From Squalus acanthias (lineage: Eukaryota): 64,000 nucleotides of DNA. Shown here piece by piece: positions 9,626 to 23,054 of this stretch. Every line of letters starts with the position of its first letter. Within the stretch, counting starts at the first letter, position 1. The translations under genes and the position numbers were made by a program. A model generated the notes under the pieces. It made no database searches, had not been told where the DNA came from, and worked only from the letters and a program-made list of their open reading frames with translations. Location: assembly GCA_030390025.1 (NCBI GenBank), contig CM059432.1, forward strand, positions 126,482,001 through 126,546,000, in the 5' to 3' direction.

Positions 9626-11429
9626 CTAATTACCATGTGGCCGTGTGACCTTCCAGCCGCCAGTCTGGCTTGGCGTTAACCCTGTCCCTAATCCCGAGGA
9701 TGGAGTTATTTACATAAAATGGGTATGGTCCTGTGTCATTTATGGTACCTCCTGACCATCCGCCCACAGGAACCAGGAATGTCGGAGCAGCACTTTCCTG
9801 CTCTGCCGGGGGGAGAGGGAAGAGGTGGAGTGGGGGGGGTGGGGGGGGGTGCACGCTGCAGCTCAAGGTAGACAAAATCTTCCAAAAAATCTCCAGTGTA
9901 CGGTTGCCATTGGGAAACTAAATTGTGGGCCCCACTTACACCTTGCTGCAGCAATGAAGGTGTACTTTATATTGAACACAGAAAAGGCAGAACTGGTGGA
10001 TCATTCAGGGGTACCTGAAGAGTGCTCAGGAGCAGGAATTCTGGTTGATTTTTCCTTTCCTAGCCCAGTGACACCGATCCTGATTGTAGACCTACCTCTA
10101 CCACTCGAGATCAGATAGCTCAGCACAGTCCTGGTTTGTACGGCCACTCTCTTGTATGTATTCCCTTGCAATGGTTGTGAGTAAACACAAGATATCCAGA
10201 TGTTAGTGGTTTGGCACAGCATCCAAACAGTCAGCCCTGTGGGCAGTACACATTGCTCCATGTGCAAGTACAATCCAGTGCAGCACACATCTAGGATCTG
10301 GTGACCCCGTCGGTTAAGTGCAGACCCTTGGACATTTAGATGTTATAGTACACTCTAGATGTGTGCCGTGCAGACATTGCGCCCTGCTGCTTTTCTGAAA
10401 TTGTACAGAAATGTGGAAAGTTTGATCGGATGCCTTAGATGCTAGCTCCCTGAGGAGCTACAACTCTCAATTTTGATTCATGGCATGCAAACTGTGCCCT
10501 TTTGTGAATAAACTACTCAAAAGGTATCGATGCTTACTTTGGCACGCCTCACCAATTCCATTAAATCTTTTTCCTTATTTTCATCCAAGTCCTACGGATC
10601 TGAGACCCCATCTGCTACTTTTACCCATTCAGCTTGCACCACTGCTTTCACTGGAGGGTAGCCTTGCACTCCAAAAAGTGCCATCTTCCTTTGTCACACC
10701 TCCGACTAGCACCTCCAATGCCTCTTCCTGGAAAGGCCAGGCCTCCCCACATTGCCTTAGGCCTTATTGCAGCTTCTACAAAACTTCTATCCGTAAATCC
10801 AGAAACAAGCACACCCCTTTAAAAGCAAGCAATAGCCCGTTATAAAGCCGGCGTCTCGCTGAGGAGCCTGCACCACCCCCCACACCACCCCACCCCCCAC
10901 CAAATAGTTACACTTCCAGCCTAGTCTTCTAGGCAGGGGAACCCATTACAATTAGGGGAAAAGGGAGATCTTCATTATTTCCAGGCAGACAATCCCTCCC
11001 AATTGCTGGAATGCGTGCACTGTCACAGGTGGGTCCGTCCTTGAAATGGCCCAACATCACAACCTTACCCACTGAGCAATCAGTGGCTCCGTCGACATTT
11101 AAGTTGAAAAAGACCGAGGAAATTAGAGCAGGACTTATTTACTTCAACTGGGAAATATTTTCACTGAAAATGCGGGTCAAGGGAGAGGGAAGGTAAAATG
11201 CAAAGTGATGCTGAAATGCAAAAGTGACAGAAAAGATAACTCCAGAGTGAGGTGCCCATCTGATTCAGACAGCAGCTGTGTGAGATCTGTTCAGGGAGAC
11301 CATCACCCACCACTTGGATTTGACACCACATGCAGTATAATTCCAGTGCAATGACAAATCTGGTTTAAAAAGTACTTGGCAACCTCCCAGACTCTTTATA
11401 GACGGATTTTTTTTTGGTCAGCCAGGCAC

Positions 11430-12455
11430 CTATAGAATCATAGACTAGAGGTTACAGTACAGAAGGCGGCCATTTGGCCCGTTGAGCCCATGCTGGCTTC
11501 CTGCAAGAGCACCTCAGCTAGTCCCAGTCCCCCGTCCTTTCCCTGTAGCCCTGAAAATTTTCTCTTTCAGATACTTATCCAACTCCCTTTTGAAAGCCGC
11601 GATTGAGTCTGCCTCCACCACCCTTTCAGGCATTGCATTCCAGATCCTAACCACTCGCTGTGTAAAAAAGTTTTTTTTTTTAATGTCGCCCTTGGTTCTT
11701 TTGCCAATCACCTTAAATCTGTGTCCTCTGGTCCTCGACCCTTCCGCCAATGGGAACAGTTTCTCTCTATCTACTCTGTCTAGACCCCTCATGATTTTGA
11801 ACACCTCTATCAAATCTCCTCTCAACCTTCTCTGCTCTAAGGAGAACAACCCCAGCTTCTCCAGTCTATCCACGTAACTGAAGTCCCTCGTCCCAGGAAT
11901 CATTCTCGTAAATCTTTTCTGCACCCTCTCTGAGGCCTTCACATCCTTCCTAAAGTGCGGTGCCCAGAATTGGACACAATACTCCAGTTGAGGCCGAACC
12001 AGCGTTTTATACAGGTTCATCATAACTTCCACGCTTTTGTACTCTATACCTCTATTCATGAAGCCCAGAATCCCGTAAGCTTTCTTAACTGCTTTCTCAA
12101 CCTGCCCTGCCACCTTCAACGATTTGTGCACATATACCCCTAGGTCTCTCTGTTCATGCACCCCCTTTAGGATTGTACCTTTAGGAGTTTATATTTCCTC
12201 TCCTCATTCTTTCTACCAAAATGTATAATTTCGCACTTTTCTGTGTTAAATTTTGTCTGCCACGTGTCCGCCCATTCCACCAGCCTGTCTATGTCTTCCT
12301 GAAGTCTATCACTATCCTCCTCATTGTTTACTATACTTCCAAGTTTTGTGTCATCTGCAAATTTTGAAATTGTGCCCTGAACACCCACATCCAAGTCAAA
12401 TATATATATATCAAGAAAATCAATGGTCCTAGAATCGACCCCTGGGGAACACCAC
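11430..12455 (-). mobile_element. CR1 LINE, 5'-truncated (RT C-terminal half plus 3' tail)
   Basis: ORFs 12167-12394 (SKFADDTKLG) and 11514-12161 (LVRPQLEYCVQFW, RTRGH, FFTQRVV); TCTATGATTCTAT-type tail at ~11430. Confidence 0.92.
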
Positions 12456-14275
12456 CAAGAAATTGATAAAGAAAGGTAAAATAGAATGAGAGTAAACTAG
12501 CGAGAGACATAAAAACAGACTGTTAAAGCTTCTATAGGTATGTAAAAAGGAAAAGATTAGCGAAAGTATATGTGGGTCCCTTACAGAATGAGACAGGAGA
12601 AATTAAAATGGGAAATAAGGAATTGGCAGAGAAATTAAACAAATACTCTGTGTCTGTCTTCATGGAAGACGACGCAAAAAACCTCCCGGAAATAGTGGAG
12701 AACCAAGGGTCTAGCGAGAATGAGGAACTGAAAGAAATTAGTATTAGTAAAAAAATACTGGAGAAATTAATGGGACTGAAAGCCGATAAATCCCCTGGAC
12801 CTGATGGCCTACATCCTAGGGTTTTGAAAGAGGTGGCTATAGAGATAGTGGATGCATTGGTGGTCATCTTCCAAAATTCCATAGATTCTAGAATGGTTCC
12901 AGCAGATTGGAAGGTAGCAAATGTAACCCCACTATTTAAGAAAGGAGGGAGAGAGAAAATGGGGAACTACAAATCAGTTAGCCTGACATCAGTAGTAGGG
13001 AAAATGCTAGAATCTATTATTAAGGATGTGGTAACAGGGCACTTAGAAAATAATAATAGCATTGGACAGAGTCAACACGGATTTATGAAAGGGAAATCAT
13101 GTTTGACAAATCTGTTAAGAGTTTTTTGAGGTTGTAACTAGCAGAATAGATAAGGGGGAACTAGTGGATGTAATGTATATGGATTTTTAGAAGGCATTCG
13201 ATAAGGAGCCACACAAGAGGTTATTAAATAAAATGAGGGCTCATGGGGTTGGGGTAATATACTAGCACGGATTGAGGATTGGTTAACAGACAAAAAACAG
13301 AGAGTAGGAATAAACGGGTCATTTTCGGGTTGGCAGGCTGTAACTAGTGGGGTACCACAAGGGTCAGTGCTTGGGCCTCAGCTATTCACAATCTATATCA
13401 ATGATTTGGAGGAGGGGTCCAAATGTAATATATCCAAGTTTGCTGATGATACAAAGCTAGGTGAGAATGTAAGTTGTGAGAAGGATGCAAAGAGGCTTCA
13501 AGGGGATATAGATAGGCTAAGTGAGTGGGCAAGAACATGGCAAATGGAATATAATGTGGAGAAATGTGAAGTTATCCACTTTGGTAGGAAAAATAGAAAA
13601 GCAGAGTATTTTTTAAATGGTGAGAGATTGGGAAATGATGGTGTTCAGAGGGACCTGGGTGTCCTTGTACACAAATCACTGAAAGTTAACATGCAGCTAC
13701 AGCAAGCAATTAGGAAAGCAAATGGTATGTTGGCCTTTATTACAAGAGGATTTGAGTATAAGAGTAAAGACGTCTTACTGCAATTATATAGGGCCCTGGT
13801 GAGACCACACCTGTAGTATTGTGTACAGTTTTGGTCTCCTTACCTAAGGAAGGATATACTTGCCATAAAGGGAGTGCAACAAAGGTTCACCAGACTGGTT
13901 CCTGGGATGGGGGGATTGTCCTATGAGGAGAGATTGAGTAGACTAGGCCTATATTCTCCAGAGTTTAGAAGAATGAGAGGTGATCTCATTGAAACATACA
14001 AAATTCTTACAGGGCTTGACAGGGTAGATGCTGGGAGGATGTTTCCCCTGGCTGAGGAGTCTAGAACCAGAGGTCACAGTCTCAGAATAAGGGGTCGGCC
14101 ATTTAGGACTGAGATGAGATGAGGAGAAATTTCTTCACTCAGAGGGTGGTGAATCTTTGGAATTCTCTACCCCAGAGGGCTGCGGAGGCTCAGTCATTGA
14201 GTATATTTAAGACAGAGATCAACAGATTTTTGGATATTAAGCGAATCAAGGGATATGGGGATAGTGCAGGAAAGT
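12456..14275 (+). mobile_element. CR1 LINE ORF2 fragment (different subfamily), with stops and frameshifts
   Basis: KSPGPDGLHPRVLKE, QHGFMKGKSCLTNL, GVPQGSVLGP, KFADDTKLG, RNFFTQRVVNLWN; the extreme 3' tail is missing. Confidence 0.92.
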
Positions 14276-14791
14276 CTCTGAAGTGGGAGAGTTCCTCTGG
14301 TTTCTCCTCTTCACCTGCTCACCGGTGTCCTCCTGGTTCTTGGAACTTGTCATGCAGCAGCCGCAGGCACGAAACCACAAGCAAAAATACTCAACTACAG
14401 GGGACCCAACCTTTGTAATCGTGTGATCGCATGTCACGTGATCAGGCGTCACATGGCCAGGCATCAGGAGTTCAGAATGTCACGTGATCAAATCTCCAGG
14501 AATGCCTCCAACCAGTGTTAGCAACGCCAGTCAGATTACAGAGTCTGATACAGAAGGTTAACTTGATTCTGAATTTCTATCGTGAGGTATATAATCTTGG
14601 AGCCAGCTAACCCCCCCACCCCGCCCCCATGCAGACCCAAACACACTCCCCACAGGCGGATACTTATAAACAGAAGTAGAATGTTTTTATTACATTTTTT
14701 GAGTGTTTGTGCTCCCACTGTGATCGCAAAACATTCAAAATGTACTGCCTGCGGAGTGGTGCTCTGTGCAACACAGTCACAGAACTCCCAC

Positions 14792-14882
14792 CTGCTGCAA
14801 GAGTGTGATTCAGGCAGTATAAAGCCAATCACTTCTGTCACTACTGGTTCCTCGCCAGCACGTTGAGAGAATAATGTAAAAG
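14792..14882 (-). other. Candidate internal exon of an unidentified minus-strand transcript
   Basis: TCTGCTTTTCTAG acceptor and CAG|GTGGGA donor; one open frame FTLFSQRAGEEPVVTEVIGFILPESHSCS; product not recognised. Confidence 0.25.
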
Positions 14883-15582
14883 CTAGAAAAGCAGATAATA
14901 ATGCGTATGGATTGTGATTGTGACAAATTTAGAGTCCAGCCAAGGACAGGTTATAAAGGCTCAACTACAAACTGAAATTGACTGTAAGTGCCATGAGATT
15001 GGCCGTGAATCACCATTCTAGGGATAGTCGTGAAGGATTCCACTGACTGATATGTGCCACCAAACATACATTAGAAATGGAAACAGATTTGGCAAAGAAG
15101 CCCAACAAGAATTAAAGGCCTAGAAATTAGTCCACTTACCGCCATGAGTTTTCGCCACAATCTGGTCTAAAAATGGCGGCCGCCACTCTAGCGCTCTTCT
15201 CTGGCGCTGGACTCGGTGGCTGCCATTTTGGTGAGGTCCTTAGCGCTGCCGAAAGCAGCGCTGGCCCTGGAAATGTAAATAGAGGGTGACGTCAGTTGGC
15301 GTGCAAAGCCGACTTAACGTCACCTCAGCGAACTTCGACCTTAGCACTGAGTTCAGCTCGCATGAAAACCGAGCGTTCAGCAGACTGACAGAGACGCTAT
15401 CAGCATCTCTTAAACGGACGCACACATCTTTCAGGTAAGTTTGCATTTAAGCTTTTGGACTGGATTGTTTTTATTTTATTGAAGTGGTTTGGTGCAATAC
15501 ATGTTAAAAGTTTTTTTTTAGTGTGTAGGGAGTGCTGCTGGATGCTTGCAAGGCCTTGGATATAAAGGAAGGTCACTGAGAA

Positions 15583-15726
15583 GACAGAAAATACTGGAAA
15601 TACTCAGCAGATCAGGCAACATCTGTGCAGGGAGAAACAGAGTTCACGTCTCAGGTCGAGATGCTGCCTGACATACCGTCTATTTCCTACATTTTATGCT
15701 TTTATTTCAGATTTACAGTATCCGCT
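15583..15726. mobile_element. Inverted pair of Penelope terminal-repeat fragments
   Basis: The first half is the reverse complement of 26165-26240; the second half is the same region in direct orientation. Confidence 0.6.
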
Positions 15727-16010
15727 CGCAGAGGTTAAGTAAGGCGCAGAAGAGGAGGTAGCAGAAGGAAGGATGCAACCCAGACAGCCCCTTTCTGGTG
15801 AGATATCCGGGATGGAATCATCCGCCTGCGGTACCAGTGACCACAACCCCAATTCCCCTTTCAACATTTGTCCCACACCTTACCTTCCCTCTGTTACTGA
15901 CCATCACAGCGTCCTCTTGGCCACAATGCTGAAATAAAAGCCACCACAAAGCAAACTTTCCAATCCAACTTTATACATCTATCCATCCAATATGACATCA
16001 AGAAATCAAT

Positions 16011-16134
16011 TAGAACAGTACAGCACAGTACAGGCCCTTCGGCCCTCGATGTTGTGCCGAGCATTGTCCGAAACCAAGATCAAGCTATCCCACTCCCTAT
16101 AGAACATAGAACAGTACAGCACAGTACAGGCCCT
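16011..16134 (-). mobile_element. Tandem CR1 3'-end fragments
   Basis: TAGAACAGTACAGCACAGTACAGGCCCT occurs at 16011 and 16107, with an ATAGAAC tail repeat. Confidence 0.7.
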
Positions 16135-17599
16135 ATTAATCACCCTTTTGCATTCCCTCAGTGACTGTCTTGTGTGTGCCTTTGCCTATCCTACTGATAT
16201 CACGCAGTGCTACCCCAGTGGCTGGTGGAAGGCTGCTGACTTTGTGGGGGACACTGCAAATGGCTTTTCTGGTGGACCTTGTGGAGCTGGTGGCTGGGGG
16301 TGTGAAATCGAGTGACGGTGTTTCTTCTTCTTCTTCACTCTCCTCTCCCTCTTCTTGGTTAACCACTGGCTGGGCAGGCTGCATTTCTTGGGTGTGTGAA
16401 ATGAGGAAGGAAAAAGGGTGGAGTTGTGAGTTGAGGGCAGGAAAGCAAGAGGTGCATGCCAGAAGGAGGAGAACGTATGAGGATACCAGCATCTTGTATC
16501 CTTTCAGCCTCGCTGCTGGCCAAGGGCTCAGCTATGCCCCTGCCAAGAATGGCCAGCACCGTCTCCTCCAAGTGGGTGCAGTGAAGCTAGGAATGGGAGG
16601 TGTGCCTCATGTTTGGTGCAGATTGTTGGTAGGTGAATGATTGGGAGGTGGGGGGGGAAGTTGTGCATTGAGAAGTGTGTGAGGCTAGTGGTGCAGTTGG
16701 TAGGAGACGGCTTTTGAAGATGCATTCATTGACCTTGACCACTGGTCTGAGGTCATGGAGCTTCTTTGGGCACTGGAGCCAGGGGGTGGGAGGTGACACT
16801 GCTGGAGTGTGGCCCCACATCCTTCTTTCTGGAAGGCCTCCTGGCCCCTGTGGGTAGAGGTAGTATTGACCCCCTGCACAAGTGCTGCGTGCAAGACCCT
16901 GGGTGCCCCTTCCCTGGCTTGCTGAGTCATTTGTGTTAGCGCTGAAGCACTTTTCCCCATTTTTTTGAGGTGCGGAAGGCAATTCAGCTTTAAGAGCTGA
17001 AGATTCCCATTTGGGAATTATTTTTAATGTTAATTTTTTTTTCGGAAGGCAGTTGAGCTGTAAGGGTTAAAAACTGTATATTTTGACATAATTTCTATTT
17101 TTATCATTTCAGAAGGCGACAATTTAAGAAAACGACAATGCATTGCCCTTTTAAGAATCCCACAATGCTTTGTGAAATCACAGCCTCACTTTCAGAGGCT
17201 GTTGAAGCAGCAACACCACTTGGGCACGCCACATTGGGGCCTGCTGCCAGGACTAACACCACCAGGACAGTGTTACACTGTGAGTTTAGCGCTGGGCTAA
17301 TGATAATTAGTCCCCAGTGCCAACTTTTCGGTCCTGCCAGCGCCACCATTTTCGGCGGCACCAGCAGCTTTTGTGGCTGCCACGAATTTCTAGGCCATAG
17401 TATAAACATAGGTAAAGCTAAAATATTCTCCCAAAGCGCTGGGTAATACAGCCAAAAACAGTGCAAAGCAACATAAAATAAGAGGAGAAAATACACCTCA
17501 GCAATTAAGAGTTCAAAACAGGATTAGATCCAAATTTTGAACACAAACAGCACTTCAAGGGATTAACAAAATTATATATGCACTGACCTTCGGAAAAAA

Positions 17600-17952
17600 G
17601 AACTTGTATCGCACTTTTCATCTCCCCAGGAACCAAACTGCACACAGTAAGGTCCCATAAATAGCAATAAGATAAATGGCCAGCTAATCTATTTTGGTTC
17701 AGTGATAAATGTTGGCAAGGACAGTGGGAAAACTCCCCTGCACTTCTCCAAACAGTGCCATCCACCTGAACAGATGGACAAGGCCTCAGTTTATTTTCTC
17801 ATTCAAAGGCTAGAACTTCAAACAATGTAGCATTCTCTCAGTACTGCACTGACGTGTCAGCCTAGGTTATGTGCTCAAATTCTGGAGTGGGGCTTGAACC
17901 CATGTCCTTCTAGCTTAGAGGCAAAAGTGCTGCCACTGAGCCAGGCTGATGT
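17600..17952 (-). mobile_element. Deu-domain SINE, degenerate
   Basis: Colinear with 45419-45878, including the tRNA-like head (GGGCTTGAACCC on the + strand). Confidence 0.7.
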
Positions 17953-19003
17953 CATACAAAAAAGAGCAACCATTGTTTGATTTAAAACACCCAATTTAGA
18001 ATCAGTAATGACAACCTGAAGAGAACCTATCCAGGATAACACAACTCAGAATCAGAAATAGGAGAATCTATCCAAAACAACGGCAATCCGCAACATGAAG
18101 CCAGATGTGAAAGGACCATCATTAGAAGTGAAGAATGGAGTCTTGGGTCAAGTACTTGAGGACAGCTGGCACCTGTGACCCAAAGCCCAACTTGAGTTGG
18201 TGGCTTCAGAGGAGGAAGGGAGAAAATTGGAGGGAGGGGTAGGGTGGAGGTGGGGAAAGCAGAAATGAACATTTAGGAATGCTAATAAATATTCAGAGAG
18301 TTTTAAATGGCAATCTAAACCTAACAGTGTTATTGAAAACCACTTAAAACGTTGATGCCCTCTTAAAGTAAAGCAAAATGGCAAGTTCAACTCCAGTGAT
18401 GCAAATGTTGCAGTGCTGCTTCCAGCAGAGGTGCCATGAACCACCCCTGAAGATGGTCTTCTGATACTTCTCCATAGGCAGCATTCCCACCAGTGGTAAA
18501 TGTAAGACGTGTTTAATTTGCTGGCCTGTAGAGCTTCCTCCATCATTGGCAGAGGTCCAAGCCTAGAAAATGAATTTAAACATCTGTACAAGCTTACTCA
18601 CGTGCAGCTTACTCACGTGCAGATGTTTCTCCATTGCCAGTGGTGCTATGGAATCCGCCACTCAATGTCAATGGGATGGATTCCAAAGTCTGAGCAAACC
18701 CAGCATCTTATAGTATCAGGGCATCAGAAAACCTCAAGGAAGTGAGTGGAAATGTCTTGGAAGAATTACCAAACACAGTGGCCTAGAAATTCGAGTAGGC
18801 TGCCTGTAACAGCGTGGGCCATGGCTAGCAGCCACCCAGAGAGAGCGCGCAGGCAGCACCAGTATTTTGGTGCTGCCCGCTAATTAACATCAGCGGTGCG
18901 GAGAATTTGCGGTGTATCGCGCTTTTTCCGGCGCTTAGCTCAGCAGGAGGCCGAAGGTCACGTCTGTCTCCCATTTGCATTTAAGGAGAACGAGGAAGAA
19001 ACA

Positions 19004-20925
19004 TTGAATCATAGAAAGTTACAGCACGGAAGGAGGCCATTTCGGCCCATCGTGTCCGCGCCGGCCAACAAAGAGCTATCCAGCCTAATCCCACTTCCCA
19101 GCTCTTGGTCCGTAGCCCTGCAGGTTAGAGCATCCCAAGTGCACATCCAAATACTTTTTAAATGTGGTTAGGGTTCCTGCCTCTACCACCCTTTCAGGCA
19201 GTGAGTTCCAGACCCCCACAACCCTCTGGGTGAAGAAATTTCCCCTCAAATCCCCTCTAAACCTTCCCCCAATTACTTTAAATCTGTGCCCCCTGGTTTT
19301 TGACCCCTCTGCTAAGGAAAATAGGTCCTTTCTATCCACTTTATCTATGCCCCTCATAATTTTATACACTTCAATAAGGTCTCCCCTCAGCCTCCTCTGT
19401 TCCAAGGAAAACAGACCCAGCCTATCCAGTCTTTCCTCATAGCTAAGATTCTCTACTCCCAGCAACATCCTTGTAAATCTCCTCTGTACCCTCTCTAGTG
19501 CAATCACATCTTTCCTGTAATGCGGTGACCAGAACTGCACGCAGTACTCTAGCTGAGGCCTAACTAGTGTTTTATACAGTTGAAGCATAACCCCTCCTGC
19601 TCTTGTATTCAATGCCACGGCTAATAAAGGCAAGCATTCCATATGCCTTCTTAACCACCTTATCTACTTGGCCTGCTACCTTCAGGGATCTGTGGACATG
19701 CACTCCAAGGTCCCTTTGTTCCTCTACACTACTCAGTGTCCTACCATTTAATGTGTATTCCCTTTCCTTCTTAGCCCTCCCCAAATGCATTACCTCACAC
19801 TTCTCCGGATTGAATTCCATTTGCCACTGTTCTGCCCATCTGACCAATTTATTGATATCTTCCTGCAGTCTACAGCTTCCTTCTTCAGTAACAACCACAC
19901 AGCCGATTTTAGTATCATCTGCAAACTTCTTAATCATACCCCCTATATTCAAGTCAAGATCGTTGATATATAACACAAAAAGAAAGGGACCTAGTACTGA
20001 GCCCTGCGGAACCCCACTGGAAACAGCCTTCCAGTCACAAAAACACCCATCAACCATTACCCTCTGCTTCCTGTCTCCGAGCCAGTTTTGAATCCAACTT
20101 GACACTTTGCCCTGGATCCCATGGGCTTTTAACTTCGTGACCAGTCTGCCATGTGGAACCTTATCAAAAGCCTTGCTAAAGTCCATATACACTACATCAA
20201 ATGCACTACCCTCATCTACCCTCCTTGTTACCTCCTCAAAAAATTCAATCAAGTTTGTCAGACGCGACCTTCCCTTAACAAATCCGTGCTGACTATCCTT
20301 GATTAATCTGTGTCTTTCTAAATGAAGATTTATCTTGTCCTTCCAAATTCTTTCCAATAATTTTCCCACCACCGAGGTTAGGCTGATTGGCCTGTAATTA
20401 CTCGGTCTATCTACCACAGAAGACAGTTAAGTCCAATTCATTAAAATATATTCAAGAAGGAGTTAGATATATTTCTTAAGGCTAAAGGGATCAAGGGATA
20501 TGGGGAGAAAGCAGGGACAGGGTACTGAATTTGGATGATCAGCCATGATCGCATTGAATGGCGGAGCAGGCTCGAGGGGCCGAATGGCCTACTCTTGCTC
20601 CTATCTTCTATGTTTCTATCCTTTTCTCCCTTTTTAAACAAGGGTACCACATTAGCAGTCCTCCAGTACCACACCTGAAGCCAGAGAGGATTGAAAAATG
20701 ATGGTCAGGGCCTCTGCTATTTCCTCTTTTGCTTCGCTTAACAGCCTGGGATACATTTCATCTGGGCCTGGGGATTTATCCACTTTTAAAGCTGCTAAAC
20801 GCCTTAATACTTCCTCTCTCACTATGTTTATTTTATCTAATATTTCACACCCCCCGCCCCAGCAATGTCTGCTTCGCCCCTCTCCTTTGTGAAAACAGAC
20901 GCAAAGTATTCATTAAGAACCCTAC
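19004..20925 (-). mobile_element. CR1 LINE, 5'-truncated, carrying a nested insertion
   Basis: ORFs 19572-20417 (NYRPISLTSVVGK, DFSKAFDKV, GVPQGSVLGP, KFADDTK) and 19085-19642. Confidence 0.93.
20412..20620 (+). mobile_element. CR1 3'-end fragment nested in opposite orientation inside the host CR1
   Basis: GATCAGCCATGATCG...GGCCGAATGGCCTACTC...TTCTATGTTTCTAT tail; TCTATC at both junctions (20406-20411 and 20615-20620). Confidence 0.85.
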
Positions 20926-22219
20926 CAACCGAAAGCAGAACCCAAATTAATCAAGTACAATACTCAGTGCTGCAAAGAAGTCTCCTTTAATATGTGAGTA
21001 TTAATGTAGTGTAACATTTTCAGAATTAAATTATTCAAGAGTGAAGAATAATAATCTGTTGTATGATAATACAGTAAGATAAAAGTTGTATCTTTTAGCT
21101 TTTTGCTATTTACATATCCATTTCTAAATCACTTTCAATCTATCTTACTCAAATCCTATATTTTTAAGTAAGCAATATCTTGCATTCAATCGGCAGGAAC
21201 TTCCATGCTAATCTCCTTCTAGAACATCCCCAAAGGTTTAGCATCTAACTAGCAAAACATTGAAACCTTTTGTGAGGAAATAAGAAGCTATTTAATTACA
21301 CCAGAGAGCAAAGAGATCCCCATGGCTATGAACAACATCTAGAAATTTCTCGTAGTAACCAGTCGTGTTACTGGAACTCCCCTTCACCTGTTTGTCCAGC
21401 AGCAAAGAGACACAAACCAACAGTTTGCAGCTGTCCTCAGTCAGAGTGATCGCTCAAGTAGTTTGCATGTTTCAGCTTTGCAGTCCACATGCTCAACAGT
21501 GTGGGTGGCAGTCACGGTGCGGAGCTGGAGGATGGCATGCTACACCCTGAGTTCCTTGGGATATCTATTTTGGTCCTTTGGAAGAGGCTGCTAATCTCCT
21601 TATCGCGTAGCAAGGAACATCTAGGTCAAGCTAAGTCAATAAGTCACATTAGGACAGGCGTGGGTCACATCTTGCTGGGACCTGCTCGCTTCAACGGTGT
21701 ATTCATTCTTTGGGAAGGAGTGAGGAAGCGCGGGGCCTCATGGAGCACGAGAGAATAGAAAAAGTGAAGGAGAGGGGAAAAGATAAGGTGAGAGAACAAG
21801 AGATAACAACTCAGAGATAAAATGAAAAGAAAAACAACAAAAGAAAAGGAAGAGGAACGGCAGAGAGAACAAAGAGAAAAGCAGAAAGAAAACCGGCAAC
21901 TATGGCAGCTCCAACCCGCTGACTTCTGGGTTTCACTCCACTCCGTACGCACAAACCCCTCAGGAGAGGTGGGTTGGCAATTAACGTGTTAATCACTCAA
22001 TTAGAGAGATAGTGACCCAGGTTTTTGACATTAACATCAGTTCCACGGGTTTCCCGAGCTTCCTGGAACTCACCACTGAAAGCAAGGCGAAAACACAACG
22101 GCAATTGTGGGGGCTGAATCAATCTCAGGGAAATATGGCAATAAATACTCAGCACTCTCAGCTGCTTTCTTACCTGCGAGAGGGAAAGTACTTCTGCTGA
22201 GAGTTGACTTCCTACACTT

Positions 22220-23034
22220 GATGCCCACATGCAGCAAGACCTGGACGACATTCAGGCTTGGGCTGATAAGTGGCAAGTAACATTCGTGCCACACAAGTGC
22301 CAGGCAATGACTATCTCCAACAAGCGAGCGTCTAACCACCGCCCCTTGACATTCAAGGGCATTACCATCGCTGAATTCCCCAACATCAACATCCTGGGGG
22401 TCACCATTGACCAGAAACTTAACTGGACCAGCCACATGAATACTGTGGCTACAAGAGCGGGTCAGAGGCTTGGTATTGTGCGGAGAGTGTATCACCTCCT
22501 GACTCCCCAAAGCCTTTCCACCATCTACAAGGCACAAGTAGGGAGTGTGATGGAATACTCTCCACTTGCCTGGATGAGTGCAGCTCCAATAACATTCAAG
22601 AAGCTCGACACCATCCAGGACAAAACAGCCCGCTTGATTGGCACCCCATCCACCACCTTAAACATTCACTTCCTCCAACACTGGCGCACCATGACTGCAG
22701 TGTGTGCCATCTACAAGATGCACTGCAGCAACTCACCAAGGCTTCTTCAGCAGCACCTCCCAAACCCGCGACCTCTTCCACCTAGAAGGACAAGGGCAGC
22801 AGGCGCTCCATGTTACACACCATCCTGACTTGGAAGTATATCGCCGTTCCTTCATCGTTGCTGGGTCAAAATCCTGGAACTCCCTCCCTAACAGCACTGT
22901 GGGAGTACCTTCACCACAAGGACTGCAGCGGTTCAAGAAGGCGGCTCACCACCACCTTCTCAAGGGCAATTAGGGATGGACAATAAATGCTAGCTTTGCC
23001 AGCGATGCCCACATCCCAGGAACAAGTAAAAAAA
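22220..23034 (+). mobile_element. 3' fragment of the tRNA-headed LINE family
   Basis: ORF 22229-22828 is closely similar to 35208-35990 (MQQDLDDIQAWADKWQVTF, YKAQV.SVMEYSPLAW); same 3' tail. Confidence 0.9.
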
Positions 23035-23054
23035 CGAGGTTTGATCTATCACAT

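Larger units (their letters stand above)
15117..17396. mobile_element. Harbinger-derived composite element carrying a Myb/SANT gene remnant
   Basis: TIRs GGCCTAGAAATT (15117) and AATTTCTAGGCC (17385-17396); minus-strand remnant WLQCPKKLHDL plus an acidic tract at 16140-16980; inserted Penelope and CR1 pieces. TSD imperfect. Confidence 0.55.
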
